Shown in pieces: positions 35,545 through 45,020 of a stretch of DNA of 64,000 nt (positions are counted from its first letter, which is position 1; each line of letters opens with the position of its first letter). Both the position numbers and the translations under genes were made by a program. Source of the DNA: Lachnospiraceae bacterium (GTDB lineage Bacteria; Bacillota; Clostridia; Lachnospirales; Lachnospiraceae); contig JAILNS010000031.1 of NCBI GenBank assembly GCA_024691305.1, positions 64,657 through 128,656 on the forward strand, in the 5' to 3' direction. The notes under the pieces are model-generated. The model was not told the origin of the DNA and ran no database searches. It saw only the letters and a list, made by a program, of their open reading frames with translations.

Positions 35545-37263
35545 ATGAAAATTTATCCGAGGGACAAATTGTTTAAACTGAAGAATAAAAAAGAAAAAGA
35601 ATTGAATACTGATATGGTTGAGAAAAATGAATCAGGATTACCTGAAACACCTGAAAACAGTGTTGTAAATACGACAGAGGCTGCAAACGCGGAGCCGGCT
35701 GAAACGGCAGAGACTGAGGGTGTAAGTCAGGCCGAAACAGAAGCAACCGAAGCCGCAGCAACTGTTGCGGCTACAGCCGAACCTGTTGCGGATACAGCAG
35801 CGCCCGCAGAAGACACAGCAGTGCCTATAGAAGATACTACAGCACCTGCAGAAGGCACAGCCGAACCCGAACAGAATAAAGATAAAAAGACGGGTAAGAA
35901 GAACAAAAAGAAAAGCAAAAAGCGGAAGAAAAAGATCGGCAAGGTTATTGCCGGAATCGTTATTGCTTTGGGAGTTATAGGTTTAGCTTTCGCAGCAGTT
36001 GCTTTTATGCGTACCAAATTACTGGATACCCAGCTTGATATGGCTAAGTCATATATGGAAGCCGAGGAATGGGATAAGGCTGAAGATGCTTATAATCAGG
36101 CACTTAAGATATTCCATAACAGCGCAGATGCATATCTTGGTCTTGCAGAAGTGTCGATAGGGCGCGGAGAACTAACCGAGGCTATTAAGATACTGGAGGA
36201 TGGTATAGCTAAAACCGGATCCGCTAACCTTGAGAAATCCAGGGATGTTATCATGGATCAGGTTTTTGCCACTTATGTGCTGGATTCATATCTTGTAAAT
36301 ATCCTTCCGGGTGAGACTGCCAAACTTACAGTTGAACACCGAAGCGAAGATATGGATTTCAAGGTCAAATGGTCCAGTGCCGACGAAACGATAGGTACCG
36401 TAGACGAAGACGGTAATATCGAAGCACTTAAGGAAGGCACCACCAAGATCGTTGCAAACATAGGAAACGAGACCTGGGGATACAGGGATGTGTCCGCTAC
36501 TTTGATAGTCGGTGTGGTTGTTACATATCTTGAAGAGCAGGGATGTGATTATGTAAGTTCCGCTACAGGACTTATGGCACCTTGTTTTGTATACCAGCAG
36601 ACGGAAGACGGATTCCGTAAATACGACGGAACCCTGGAGATAGAGCAGGGTAATGCGACATATTCACTTAGTAAGTGTAAGGTATCGGATCCCGATCCGG
36701 ATGGCTATGTAACATACGATATTGAGTATACCGTTAACGTACCTACCAAATTCGGTATATTGGCGAATTCGACAGAGTCTAAACATAAGTGGTATTACAA
36801 CTGGATGGCTGAGGAAATGTTCCTGTGTGATGATTATACAGGTCAGATCTTTAGCGTTCAGGATCTGTACGGCGAAGAAGGACTTATATACGATTCGACC
36901 GTAACATGGAATGATATGGATTATCATATAACCGGCACGACGGAATCCGAATGGGTCAATGAAGAAGAATGGGCGGTAACTTACAGTCCGCTTACGACCA
37001 TTACTTGGGCAGAAGCTCCTGTTATCGGTACGTTCAAATTACAGGTCAAAGTTCCTGCGGAGTATGAGGGACTGGTACTTGCTCTTGACAAAAAAGGAGT
37101 GACCGACTATACGGATCCCGAGACAGACGAAACCGATGAGTACGATGCTGCAGAGACATTTACTGATACATTCTTTTTTGATCCGCTGGAAGACGGCAGC
37201 GTGCGTAAGCCTCAGGAGTTCTATATAGTACGTCTTAAGGATTTTGCTCAAAAAAAGCAATAA
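35545..37263 (+). CDS. Single-pass membrane protein with extracytoplasmic TPR-like and Big_2 (bacterial Ig-like) domains
   Basis: Low-complexity Ala/Glu/Thr/Pro N-terminus, a poly-Lys stop-transfer, and a TM helix (VIAGIVIALGVIGLAFAAVAF). A TPR-like segment follows (AEEWDKAEDAYNQALKI…AYLGLAEV), then Big_2-like KVKWSSADETIGTVDEDGNIEALKEGTTKIVA. The ORF track starts at TTG 35539. Confidence 0.75.
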   Translation: MKIYPRDKLFKLKNKKEKELNTDMVEKNESGLPETPENSVVNTTEAANAEPAETAETEGVSQAETEATEAAATVAATAEPVADTAAPAEDTAVPIEDTTAPAEGTAEPEQNKDKKTGKKNKKKSKKRKKKIGKVIAGIVIALGVIGLAFAAVAFMRTKLLDTQLDMAKSYMEAEEWDKAEDAYNQALKIFHNSADAYLGLAEVSIGRGELTEAIKILEDGIAKTGSANLEKSRDVIMDQVFATYVLDSYLVNILPGETAKLTVEHRSEDMDFKVKWSSADETIGTVDEDGNIEALKEGTTKIVANIGNETWGYRDVSATLIVGVVVTYLEEQGCDYVSSATGLMAPCFVYQQTEDGFRKYDGTLEIEQGNATYSLSKCKVSDPDPDGYVTYDIEYTVNVPTKFGILANSTESKHKWYYNWMAEEMFLCDDYTGQIFSVQDLYGEEGLIYDSTVTWNDMDYHITGTTESEWVNEEEWAVTYSPLTTITWAEAPVIGTFKLQVKVPAEYEGLVLALDKKGVTDYTDPETDETDEYDAAETFTDTFFFDPLEDGSVRKPQEFYIVRLKDFAQKKQ

Positions 37264-37306
37264 GACTCTTAATATAAAAACAAAAAAGGAATCAGGGAAA
37301 AGGTAA

Positions 37307-38191
37307 ATGAAAAAGTTTGGAAGGAAAAGGATGTCAGGCCGTATTGCATCGGTGATACTGGCATTGGTTATTCTTGCGGGATTTACATGGGTTGACACCT
37401 GCAACGTGTATGCAGCTGAGATATCGGATGAGCAGGCAGTCAAAAAAGTATTTGATGCGACCTACTATGCCGCACATAACCCCGATGTTGTGATAGCAAG
37501 AGGGGACAGTGAGGCAGCTTTATTAAATCATTTTATGGAAAACGGTCTAGCTGAAGGCCGCAGCGCCAGTGCTGATTTTAATGTACGCGCATACAGAGCA
37601 AGATATGCTGATCTGGATGCAGCTTTCGGAGATGACTGGTTTAGATATGTAAGACACTATGTGACCAAAGGAATAGCAGAGGGAAGAGATGCATCTCCGC
37701 TGCCTGCAAATTCCGGTGCAGGTAATTCTTCAGACAAAAAAGAATACACCCTGCTTGGCACTTATACGACAAGATACACGGATAATGTTCCGAGGGCCAT
37801 AAACGTAGGGATAGCGGCAGCAGGCATCAACGGTGTTATAGTTCAGCCCGGGGCACAGTTTTCTTACACAAATACAATTCCCGCAAGGACCGTTGAAAAC
37901 GGTTATCAGGAAGCGACTATATTTGTGAACAAGGAAAAAGTACAGGGACTCGGAGGCGGAATATGCCAGGTTTCATCTACGCTTTATGCATGCATGAAAA
38001 CAGTGGGCCTGGCTGCAACCGAAAGACATCCTCATTCATTACCTGTTGATTATGTACCGGAAGGATGGGATGCAACGATATCCGGTCAGAGCGTGGATCT
38101 TAAGTTTATAAACACTTACAGCACACCACTCATGATCGTATCCAGGGCGGATCACGGAAAATTATCGGTGAGCCTCTACCTGCAGAAATAA
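37307..38191 (+). CDS. Secreted VanW-family protein
   Basis: Signal peptide, then two copies of a (Y)xxxNPDV…HFxxxGxxEGR-type module. The VanW core is PGAQFSYTNTI…GGGICQVSSTLY…ERHPHSLPVDYV…GWDATI. Confidence 0.85.
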   Translation: MKKFGRKRMSGRIASVILALVILAGFTWVDTCNVYAAEISDEQAVKKVFDATYYAAHNPDVVIARGDSEAALLNHFMENGLAEGRSASADFNVRAYRARYADLDAAFGDDWFRYVRHYVTKGIAEGRDASPLPANSGAGNSSDKKEYTLLGTYTTRYTDNVPRAINVGIAAAGINGVIVQPGAQFSYTNTIPARTVENGYQEATIFVNKEKVQGLGGGICQVSSTLYACMKTVGLAATERHPHSLPVDYVPEGWDATISGQSVDLKFINTYSTPLMIVSRADHGKLSVSLYLQK

Positions 38192-38197
38192 AATGAA

Positions 38198-38225
38198 CCC
38201 CGGAGCATAGTGCTTCGGGGTTTTT
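38198..38225. terminator. Hairpin terminator shared by the convergent VanW gene (+) and tRNA-Glu (-)
   Basis: CCCCGGAGC (38198-38206) / GCTTCGGGG (38212-38220) with one G-U pair. TTTTT follows on the + side and a T-rich stretch follows on the - side. Confidence 0.7.
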
Positions 38226-38228
38226 AAG

Positions 38229-38300
38229 TAGCCCGTAGCGGAATCGAACCGCTGTTTCCGCCGTGAGAGGGCGGCGTCTTAACCGCTTGACCAACGAGCC
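38229..38300 (-). tRNA. tRNA-Glu (anticodon CUC)
   Basis: The reverse complement reads GGCTCGTTGGTCAAGCGGTTAAGACGCCGCCCTCTCACGGCGGAAACAGCGGTTCGATTCCGCTACGGGCTA. It has a D-arm, an anticodon stem CCGCC/GGCGG with loop CUCUCAC, and a T-loop GGTTCGATTCC. It is very close to the Firmicute tRNA-Glu scaffold. CCA is not encoded. Confidence 0.9.
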
Positions 38301-38340
38301 ATAGTCTTTTTTATGCATCCGATATTTGTGACGCTTAAAT

Positions 38341-38369
38341 ATAATAACAAGGACCGGCACAAAATGCAA
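38341..38369 (-). promoter_or_regulatory. Sigma-A promoter for tRNA-Glu
   Basis: The - strand reads TTGCAT, a 17-nt spacer, then TATTAT. The -10 ends ~35 nt upstream of the tRNA 5' end. Confidence 0.55.
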
Positions 38370-38386
38370 GAATTATTTTATTTTTC

Positions 38387-38415
38387 TTGCAAACATAGTA
38401 TTTCGGGTGTATATT
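38387..38415 (+). promoter_or_regulatory. Sigma-A promoter for the rimP-nusA-infB operon (divergent from the tRNA promoter)
   Basis: TTGCAA (38387-38392), a 17-nt spacer, TATATT (38410-38415). Confidence 0.55.
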
Positions 38416-38444
38416 AGATAAAGGTTTTATATGTTAAATGTTTG

Positions 38445-38466
38445 AGTGGGCTTGCAAGAGCCCACT
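38445..38466 (+). promoter_or_regulatory. Leader hairpin upstream of rimP (candidate weak/NusA-dependent attenuator)
   Basis: AGTGGGCT (38445-38452) / AGCCCACT (38459-38466) form a perfect 8-bp stem with a 6-nt loop, followed by TAATTATT (a poor U tract). Confidence 0.4.
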
Positions 38467-38553
38467 TAATTATTGCCCGGACATGAGTATGGAGTTTGAG
38501 CGGAAGTTCATACGTATGTACATGTACAAAAGATCATAAACAGGGATGACGAT

Positions 38554-39024
38554 ATGGCCAAACATACGGAATACGAAAACAAGACAGAAGAGATCCTACG
38601 CCCGATCGCGGAAGAATGCGGAGTGGAGATATATGATGTCGAGTATGTAAAGGAAGGCCCCGATTATTATCTTCGTGCCTATATCGACAAGGAAGGCGGG
38701 GTAAATATCGGAGACTGCGAAACTGTGAGCAGGGCATTGTCCGATGCACTTGACCGGGATGACTTCATTCCCGATGCATATATCCTGGAAGTATCCAGCC
38801 CGGGGCTTGGAAGAAAGCTTACCAAAGACAGGCATTTGGAGAAGAGTATCGGCGAGGAGATAGAGATCAAATTCTATAAGCCGCCCGAAGGAATGAAATC
38901 CAAGGAAATATCAGGAATCCTTAAGGGGTATGATGCAGATCATATCACGGCGGAGACCGAAGAAGGGGAAATGACTTTTGATAGAAAACAGGTAGCCCAG
39001 ATAAGACTGGCTCTTGATTTTTAA
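38554..39024 (+). CDS. rimP: Ribosome maturation factor RimP
   Basis: …YDVEYVKEGPDYYLRAYIDKEGGVNIGDCETVSRALSDALD…LEVSSPGLGRKL…; it also sits directly before nusA. Confidence 0.92.
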   Translation: MAKHTEYENKTEEILRPIAEECGVEIYDVEYVKEGPDYYLRAYIDKEGGVNIGDCETVSRALSDALDRDDFIPDAYILEVSSPGLGRKLTKDRHLEKSIGEEIEIKFYKPPEGMKSKEISGILKGYDADHITAETEEGEMTFDRKQVAQIRLALDF

Positions 39025-39062
39025 TAGATCAAACGCTCTAAAGGTTAAGGAGGAGAAACAAA

Positions 39063-40316
39063 ATGAGCAGTGATAATACCGCAACCGAGTTAAAGCTTGC
39101 CTTAGACATGCTTGAGAAGGAAAAAGAGATAAGCCGCGATGTGCTTTTTGATGCGATCGAAGGTTCTCTTTTACGAGCATGCGCAAACCATTTCGGTAAA
39201 TCAGACAACTTCAGTGTGGAGATCGACAGAGATACCTGTGAGTATCACGTATACCTTGAGAAAGAAGTTGTGGAAGAAGTATTTGATGATACGATCGAGA
39301 TAACCGAAGAGGATGCAAAAGAGATAGATCCCAAGGCTAAGATCGGAGATATGGTTAAATGTGAAGTGCAGTCCAAGGAGTTCGGACGTATAGCCGCACA
39401 GAATGCCAAGAGTTATATCCTGCAGATGATCCGCGAGAAAGAGCGTGATGCTATCTACAGCCAGTACTCAGGAAAACAGAGAAGTATAGTGACCGGTGTC
39501 GTTCAAAGGCGTGTAGGTGAAAACCTTACCATCAATCTGGGCAAGACCGATGCGATACTCAATGAGAACGAGCAGGTCAAGGGTGAGAACTTAAAACCCA
39601 ATGACAGAGTCAAGGTATATGTTCTTGAAGTTAAGAAGACCGAAAAAGGATCAGCCAGGATCCTTGTAAGCCGTACACATAAGGATCTTGTTAAATGCCT
39701 TTTTGAATCAGAGGTTGCAGAGATCCAGGACGGAACAGTGGAGATCAAATCCATAGTAAGAGAGCCCGGAAGCAGAAGTAAGATCGCCGTATGGAGCAAC
39801 AATCCCGATGTTGATGCTGTAGGTGCCTGCGTAGGTGTCAACAGTACGAGAGTTAATTCCGTAGTCGACGAACTCAGAGGAGAAAAAGTAGATATAGTAA
39901 ACTGGGATGAAAACCCCGGTCGTATGATAGAGAATGCTCTTAGCCCCGCAAAGATCGTTGCGGTATTTGCGGATCCCGAGACCAAGATCGCCAAGGTGGT
40001 CGTTCCCGACGGACAGCTTAGCCTTGCTATCGGATTAAAGGGCCAGAATGCAAGACTTGCAGCTAAACTTACCAATTACAAGATAGACATCAAGTCGGAG
40101 ACTCAGGCTAAGGATGCTCCCGGATTCAGATATGAGGATTACATGTTTGATGATGATGAGTATGATGAAGAATACGATGAAACATACGATGAGGCATATG
40201 ATGAAGGATACGAAGGCGAAGATGCCGAGTATGTAGAAGACGAAGCAGGTGAAGCTTACACAGAGGAAGTTGATGAAGCTCCCGCAGATGATGTATCCGA
40301 AGACAGCGAAGAATGA
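39063..40316 (+). CDS. nusA: Transcription termination/antitermination factor NusA
   Basis: N-terminal domain, S1 (GVVQRRVGENLTINLG) and KH domains (GACVGVNSTRV…, LAIGLKGQNARLA), plus an acidic C-terminal tail. Confidence 0.95.
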   Translation: MSSDNTATELKLALDMLEKEKEISRDVLFDAIEGSLLRACANHFGKSDNFSVEIDRDTCEYHVYLEKEVVEEVFDDTIEITEEDAKEIDPKAKIGDMVKCEVQSKEFGRIAAQNAKSYILQMIREKERDAIYSQYSGKQRSIVTGVVQRRVGENLTINLGKTDAILNENEQVKGENLKPNDRVKVYVLEVKKTEKGSARILVSRTHKDLVKCLFESEVAEIQDGTVEIKSIVREPGSRSKIAVWSNNPDVDAVGACVGVNSTRVNSVVDELRGEKVDIVNWDENPGRMIENALSPAKIVAVFADPETKIAKVVVPDGQLSLAIGLKGQNARLAAKLTNYKIDIKSETQAKDAPGFRYEDYMFDDDEYDEEYDETYDEAYDEGYEGEDAEYVEDEAGEAYTEEVDEAPADDVSEDSEE

Positions 40317-40573
40317 GAATCCCCGAAAGATGTTGTGTGGCATGCAGGAATCGCAGTGATAAAGCCGGTCTTATCAGACTTGTAAAAGACCATGACGGAA
40401 ACGCCATTATCGATATAAGACAAAGAGAAGACGGCAGGGGTGCATATATATGCAGAAACACTGAATGCATAGAGACAGCGCGCAAAAGACACAGTATAGA
40501 CAGAGCACTTAAATGTCACACATCCGATGATTTATACGATAGATTAAAGGAATTGACCAATGAGCAGACCTGA
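40313..40573 (+). CDS. ylxR: YlxR/RnpM family RNA-binding protein (DUF448)
   Basis: RCCVACRNRSDKAGLIRLV…GRGAYIC motif. The ATGA start overlaps the nusA stop. Confidence 0.88.
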   Translation: MRIPERCCVACRNRSDKAGLIRLVKDHDGNAIIDIRQREDGRGAYICRNTECIETARKRHSIDRALKCHTSDDLYDRLKELTNEQT

Positions 40574-40874
40574 CAAAGTATTGTCGATGCTTGGCATAGC
40601 CATGAAGGCGGGTAAAGTGGTTTCGGGAGAGTTTGCTACCGAAAACGCCATCAAAAGTTTTCAGGCATGTCTGGTGGTAGTTGCGGCCGATGCGTCTGAC
40701 AATACACGAAAACACTTTAATGACATGTGTGTATATCGTGATATTCCGATTATGATCTATTCTACAAAAGAGGAACTCGGAAAGGCCATAGGTAAGGATA
40801 TAAGATCCAACCTAGCGGTTACGGATGAGGGACTGGCAAAAGCGATATACAAGAGTATAGAGTCGGATCCTTAA
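40560..40874 (+). CDS. ylxQ: L7Ae-family ribosome-associated protein (YlxQ-like)
   Basis: LGIAMKAGKVVSGEFATENAIKS…VVVAADASDNT… together with its conserved position between ylxR and infB. Confidence 0.85.
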   Translation: MSRPDKVLSMLGIAMKAGKVVSGEFATENAIKSFQACLVVVAADASDNTRKHFNDMCVYRDIPIMIYSTKEELGKAIGKDIRSNLAVTDEGLAKAIYKSIESDP

Positions 40875-40922
40875 TTCACCGAATAACGCGTTAGATTTTG
40901 CGGTTTATGAGGAGGAAAGTAT

Positions 40923-43661
40923 ATGAGAGTACATGAACTAGCCAAACAACTTGATAAAGAAAGTAAAGAAATTATCAGTTGGATGAAAGATAACGGTATA
41001 GATGGAAAGACTGCATCCAGTTCCGTTGATGACGAAACTGCGCAGAAGATCAAGGCTGCATTTGGAAAGGGTGAGCCCAAGGCAAAGGCAGAGCCCAAGG
41101 CAAAGGCAGAACCCAAGGCAAAGGCAGAACCCAAAGCTAAAGAAAAAGCGGAAGAGCCTAAGGCAAAAGAAGTAAAGGAAGCCCCCAAGGCTGAGCCTGC
41201 CAAAAAAGAAGGCCCTAAGAAGGAAAATTCCGGGAACGCAAACGGCTCCGGAGATAACAGGCAGGAAGCTCCCAAAAAGAAAAAAAGCAAGATAATCATA
41301 GTAAGTAACTCCAATAATTCGAGGCTTGGAGGAAATCAGTCCAGACCGGCTCAGGGCAATCGTCCCGGAGGGAACAGACCGGGCAGAGATGACGGACATC
41401 ATACCCTGATAAGGTCAAGTGTTCGTCCCAGCCAGGTAAATGATGAGCCTTATGATGTAAGACAGCGGCAGATGCAGGAGAAAAAAGAAGCAGAGAGAAG
41501 AGCCGCAAAGACAGGTCCTGCGGAGGTGGTAACCAATGAAACGCACAGGAAACAAGATAAAAGCTCAAGTACAGTTGTTACAGCGACTCTCAAAGAAGGC
41601 ACTAAGCCTGAAGCTCCTCGTCCTCGTGCTGATAGGGGCGATAAAGGTGGCGACAGAGGTGGCAGACAGAATGCAGGGTCGGACAATAGATTTAAGCAGG
41701 ATAAATCTGCCGGGTTCAACAACCAGCCCCAGCCTCAAAACCAGAACAAAGACAGCGGAAGAAGAGGCAAAGGACAGGGAGTAGCAGCCAAAGAGCAGCG
41801 CTCGCGCAAAGACCATATATACGAGGATGAAGATTTCGGAAAGAATCTTTCCAAGGCTAACAAGTTTGTTAAGCCCGAAAAGAAAGAAGAAGTCGTAGAA
41901 GAAGAACAGATCAAGGTGATCACTCTTCCCGAAAGCATGACACTTAAGGAACTGGCCGACAAGATGAAGATGCAGCCTTCGGTGATCATCAAGAAACTTT
42001 TCCTACAGGGACAGGTTCTTACGGTCAACTCCGAGATATCATATGAAGACGCCGAGAATATTGCGATAGAGTACGATATCATTTGCGAAAAAGAAGTTAA
42101 AGTCGATGTTATCGAAGAACTCCTTAAAGAAGAGGAAGAGTCGACCGAGGATATGTCTCCCAGACCTCCGGTAATCTGCGTAATGGGTCATGTAGACCAC
42201 GGTAAAACTTCACTTCTTGATGCCATACGTAAGACCAATGTTACCGATAAGGAAGCAGGCGGTATCACACAGGCTATTGGTGCGTATACCGTAAATATTA
42301 ACGGAAGAAGCATAACCTTCCTTGATACACCCGGACATGAAGCGTTCACGGCCATGCGAATGAGAGGCGCGAACTCTACCGATATAGCAGTGCTTGTTGT
42401 AGCTGCGGACGACGGTGTAATGCCTCAGACCATAGAGGCCATAAATCATGCTAAGGCAGCAGGTATCGAGATAATAGTTGCGATCAATAAGATAGATAAG
42501 CCCAATGCCAATGTTGACAGGGTTAAACAGGAACTTACCGAATATGAACTCATCCCCGCAGACTGGGGCGGATCGACCGAATTTGTAAATGTTTCCGCCA
42601 AGTCAGGTGAAGGTATAGAAGATCTGCTTGAAACGATACTTCTTACCGCAGATATCCTTGAACTCAAGGCTAATCCGAACCGTAAGGCAAGAGGTCTTGT
42701 TATCGAGGCAGAACTTGATAAGGGACGCGGTCCCGTAGCAACAGTCCTGGTTCAGAAGGGAACTCTTCACATAGGTGATTTCATATCCGCAGGTGCATGT
42801 CACGGTAAGGTGCGTGCAATGGTGGATGATAAGGGCAGACGCGTAAAGGCTGCAACACCTTCCACGCCTGTTGAGATACTCGGACTTTCCGATGTTCCTT
42901 CCGCAGGTGAAGTATTTATAGCACATGAGAATGATAAGACAGCACGTAACTTCGCACAGACTTATCAGGCTCAGCACAAGGAAGAGATGCTTGCCGAGAC
43001 CAAGAGCCGCATGAGTCTTGATGACCTGTTCAACAAGATCCAGGAAGGCAACTTAAAGGAACTCAATGTCATCATAAAGGCTGATGTTCAGGGATCAGTT
43101 GAAGCCCTTAAGACATCTCTTATGAAGCTTTCAAATGATGAGGTTGTCGTTAAATGCATACACGGTGGAGTCGGTGCGATCAATGAATCCGATGTTATCC
43201 TTGCCAGTGCATCAGATGCCATAATCATAGGATTTAACGTACGTGCAGATGCCCAGACCAAGGATACCGCAGATCGTGAAGGTGTAGATATAAGGCTTTA
43301 TAAGGTCATTTATCAGGCGATCGAAGATATCGAAGCCGCCATGAAGGGCCTGCTTGCACCGGTATATGAGGAAAAGATCATAGGTCATGCAGAGATACGT
43401 CAGATATTCAAGGCATCGGCACTCGGAAATATCGCGGGATCTTATGTGCTTGACGGTGAGATCGTAAGAGGCTGCAAGGTACGTGTGACCAGAGAAGGAG
43501 AGCAGATATTCGAAGGAAATCTGGCATCCTTAAAGAGATTTAAAGATGATGTCAAAGAGGTTAAAGCCGGATTCGAATGCGGTCTTGTATTTGAAGACTT
43601 CGGTGATATAGCCGAGTTCGATCAGGTTGAAGCATATACAATGGTTGAGGTACCCAGATAA
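40923..43661 (+). CDS. infB: Translation initiation factor IF-2
   Basis: N-terminal [10 protein letters not shown], a long basic low-complexity linker, G domain [14 protein letters not shown]…DTPGHEAF…NKID, and conserved C-terminal domains. Confidence 0.97.
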   Translation: MRVHELAKQLDKESKEIISWMKDNGIDGKTASSSVDDETAQKIKAAFGKGEPKAKAEPKAKAEPKAKAEPKAKEKAEEPKAKEVKEAPKAEPAKKEGPKKENSGNANGSGDNRQEAPKKKKSKIIIVSNSNNSRLGGNQSRPAQGNRPGGNRPGRDDGHHTLIRSSVRPSQVNDEPYDVRQRQMQEKKEAERRAAKTGPAEVVTNETHRKQDKSSSTVVTATLKEGTKPEAPRPRADRGDKGGDRGGRQNAGSDNRFKQDKSAGFNNQPQPQNQNKDSGRRGKGQGVAAKEQRSRKDHIYEDEDFGKNLSKANKFVKPEKKEEVVEEEQIKVITLPESMTLKELADKMKMQPSVIIKKLFLQGQVLTVNSEISYEDAENIAIEYDIICEKEVKVDVIEELLKEEEESTEDMSPRPPVICVMGHVDHGKTSLLDAIRKTNVTDKEAGGITQAIGAYTVNINGRSITFLDTPGHEAFTAMRMRGANSTDIAVLVVAADDGVMPQTIEAINHAKAAGIEIIVAINKIDKPNANVDRVKQELTEYELIPADWGGSTEFVNVSAKSGEGIEDLLETILLTADILELKANPNRKARGLVIEAELDKGRGPVATVLVQKGTLHIGDFISAGACHGKVRAMVDDKGRRVKAATPSTPVEILGLSDVPSAGEVFIAHENDKTARNFAQTYQAQHKEEMLAETKSRMSLDDLFNKIQEGNLKELNVIIKADVQGSVEALKTSLMKLSNDEVVVKCIHGGVGAINESDVILASASDAIIIGFNVRADAQTKDTADREGVDIRLYKVIYQAIEDIEAAMKGLLAPVYEEKIIGHAEIRQIFKASALGNIAGSYVLDGEIVRGCKVRVTREGEQIFEGNLASLKRFKDDVKEVKAGFECGLVFEDFGDIAEFDQVEAYTMVEVPR
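41073..41144 (+). repeat. In-frame 18-bp tandem repeat x4 (EPKAKA) in the infB linker
   Basis: GA(G/A)CCCAAGGCAAAGGCA units at 41073, 41091 and 41109, with a diverged unit at 41127. Confidence 0.9.
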
Positions 43662-44032
43662 TGCGTAAGAACAGTATCAAAAATACACGTATAAACGCTG
43701 AAGTACAAAAGGAACTTGCGGATATCATAAGAAGTGAGATCAAGGACCCCAGGATAGCAGAGTTTACCTCTGTTACCGCAGTTGAAGTGGCTCCCGATCT
43801 TAAGACCATGAAGGCATGGATCAGCGTACTCGGTGATCAGAAAGCTCTGGATGATACCATGAAAGGACTTAAGAGCGCGGAAGGCTTTGCAAGACGTGAA
43901 CTTGCAAGGAGGATCAACCTTCGTAACACACCTGAAATTACTTTTATAGCCGATGATTCCATTTCATACGGTATTGAGATGTCTCATAAGATAGATGAGG
44001 TTATGGAAGCGGATAAACATGGACATATTTAA
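43661..44032 (+). CDS. rbfA: Ribosome-binding factor A
   Basis: R(I/V)N…ELADIIRSEIKDPR…TSVTAVEVAPDLKTMKAWISV…LRNTPEITF. The TAATG start overlaps the infB stop. Confidence 0.93.
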   Translation: MRKNSIKNTRINAEVQKELADIIRSEIKDPRIAEFTSVTAVEVAPDLKTMKAWISVLGDQKALDDTMKGLKSAEGFARRELARRINLRNTPEITFIADDSISYGIEMSHKIDEVMEADKHGHI

Positions 44033-44978
44033 GGAATGTGCAGGCGCAAAAACTATAGCGGTAAGCGGACATGTCAGACCTGACGGGGACTGTATAGGTT
44101 CCTGTACGGCATTGGCTTTGTATCTGCGTAAACGTATGCCGGATGTACAGGTAGATGTCTATCTGGACCCGATAGCAGATTATTTTGATTGTATCAAAGG
44201 ATCCGAACTTATCATGCATGAACCGAAGACAGGCATAAAATATGATGTCTTCATATGTGTTGATTGTGAGCCCGGACGAATGAGTTTCGGACACGAACTG
44301 TTTGAGTCGGCCGGAAAGACTATAAATATAGATCATCATGTTACGAATCTGCCAGGGGGCGGCGATGTTAATTACGTTTATCCCGAGTCCGCATCCGCAG
44401 CGGAACTTGTATATCAGGTCATAGATCATGATCATATGGATGCAGATATAGCACTGCCGATATATATAGGCATAATCCATGATACCGGCGTACTTCAGTA
44501 TTCAAATGTCAGTCCCGATACACTTAGGACTGTTGCGGAACTGATCGGTTACGGTATCGATTTTCCGAATGTCATCCAGAAGACTTTCTATGAGAAAACA
44601 TATATCCAAAGCCAGATACTCGGACGTGCACTTCTTGAAAGTATGCTCTTTATGGACGGAAGATGTGCTGTCAGTGTTGTAGACAAAAAGACCATGGAGT
44701 TCTACGGTGCAGACAGCCGTGACCTTGAGGGTATAGTTAACCAGCTTAGGAATATCCGCGGAGTTGATTGTGCGATTTTTATGTACGAGATCGGTGTTTT
44801 GGAGTACAAGGTGAGTCTGCGTACTTCCGAGGCAGTTGATGCATCCGTTGTAGCATCCGTATACGGCGGCGGCGGACATGCAAGAGCTGCAGGTGTCACG
44901 ATGCAGGGCACCTATCATGATGTTATAAATAACTTAAGCAAAGAGATAGCCAAGCAGCTTAAGAACAGTGCGGGTTAA
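44019..44978 (+). CDS. nrnA: DHH/DHHA1 phosphoesterase (NrnA-type oligoribonuclease / pAp phosphatase)
   Basis: GHVRPDGDCIGS, IDHH and GGGHARAAG motifs. ATG 44019 is preferred; the ORF track's 43995 start lies deeper inside rbfA. Confidence 0.88.
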   Translation: MDIFKECAGAKTIAVSGHVRPDGDCIGSCTALALYLRKRMPDVQVDVYLDPIADYFDCIKGSELIMHEPKTGIKYDVFICVDCEPGRMSFGHELFESAGKTINIDHHVTNLPGGGDVNYVYPESASAAELVYQVIDHDHMDADIALPIYIGIIHDTGVLQYSNVSPDTLRTVAELIGYGIDFPNVIQKTFYEKTYIQSQILGRALLESMLFMDGRCAVSVVDKKTMEFYGADSRDLEGIVNQLRNIRGVDCAIFMYEIGVLEYKVSLRTSEAVDASVVASVYGGGGHARAAGVTMQGTYHDVINNLSKEIAKQLKNSAG

Positions 44979-45020
44979 ACTGTGCAAACGCTGTCGATAT
45001 AAAGAGGATACCGGCCCGAT

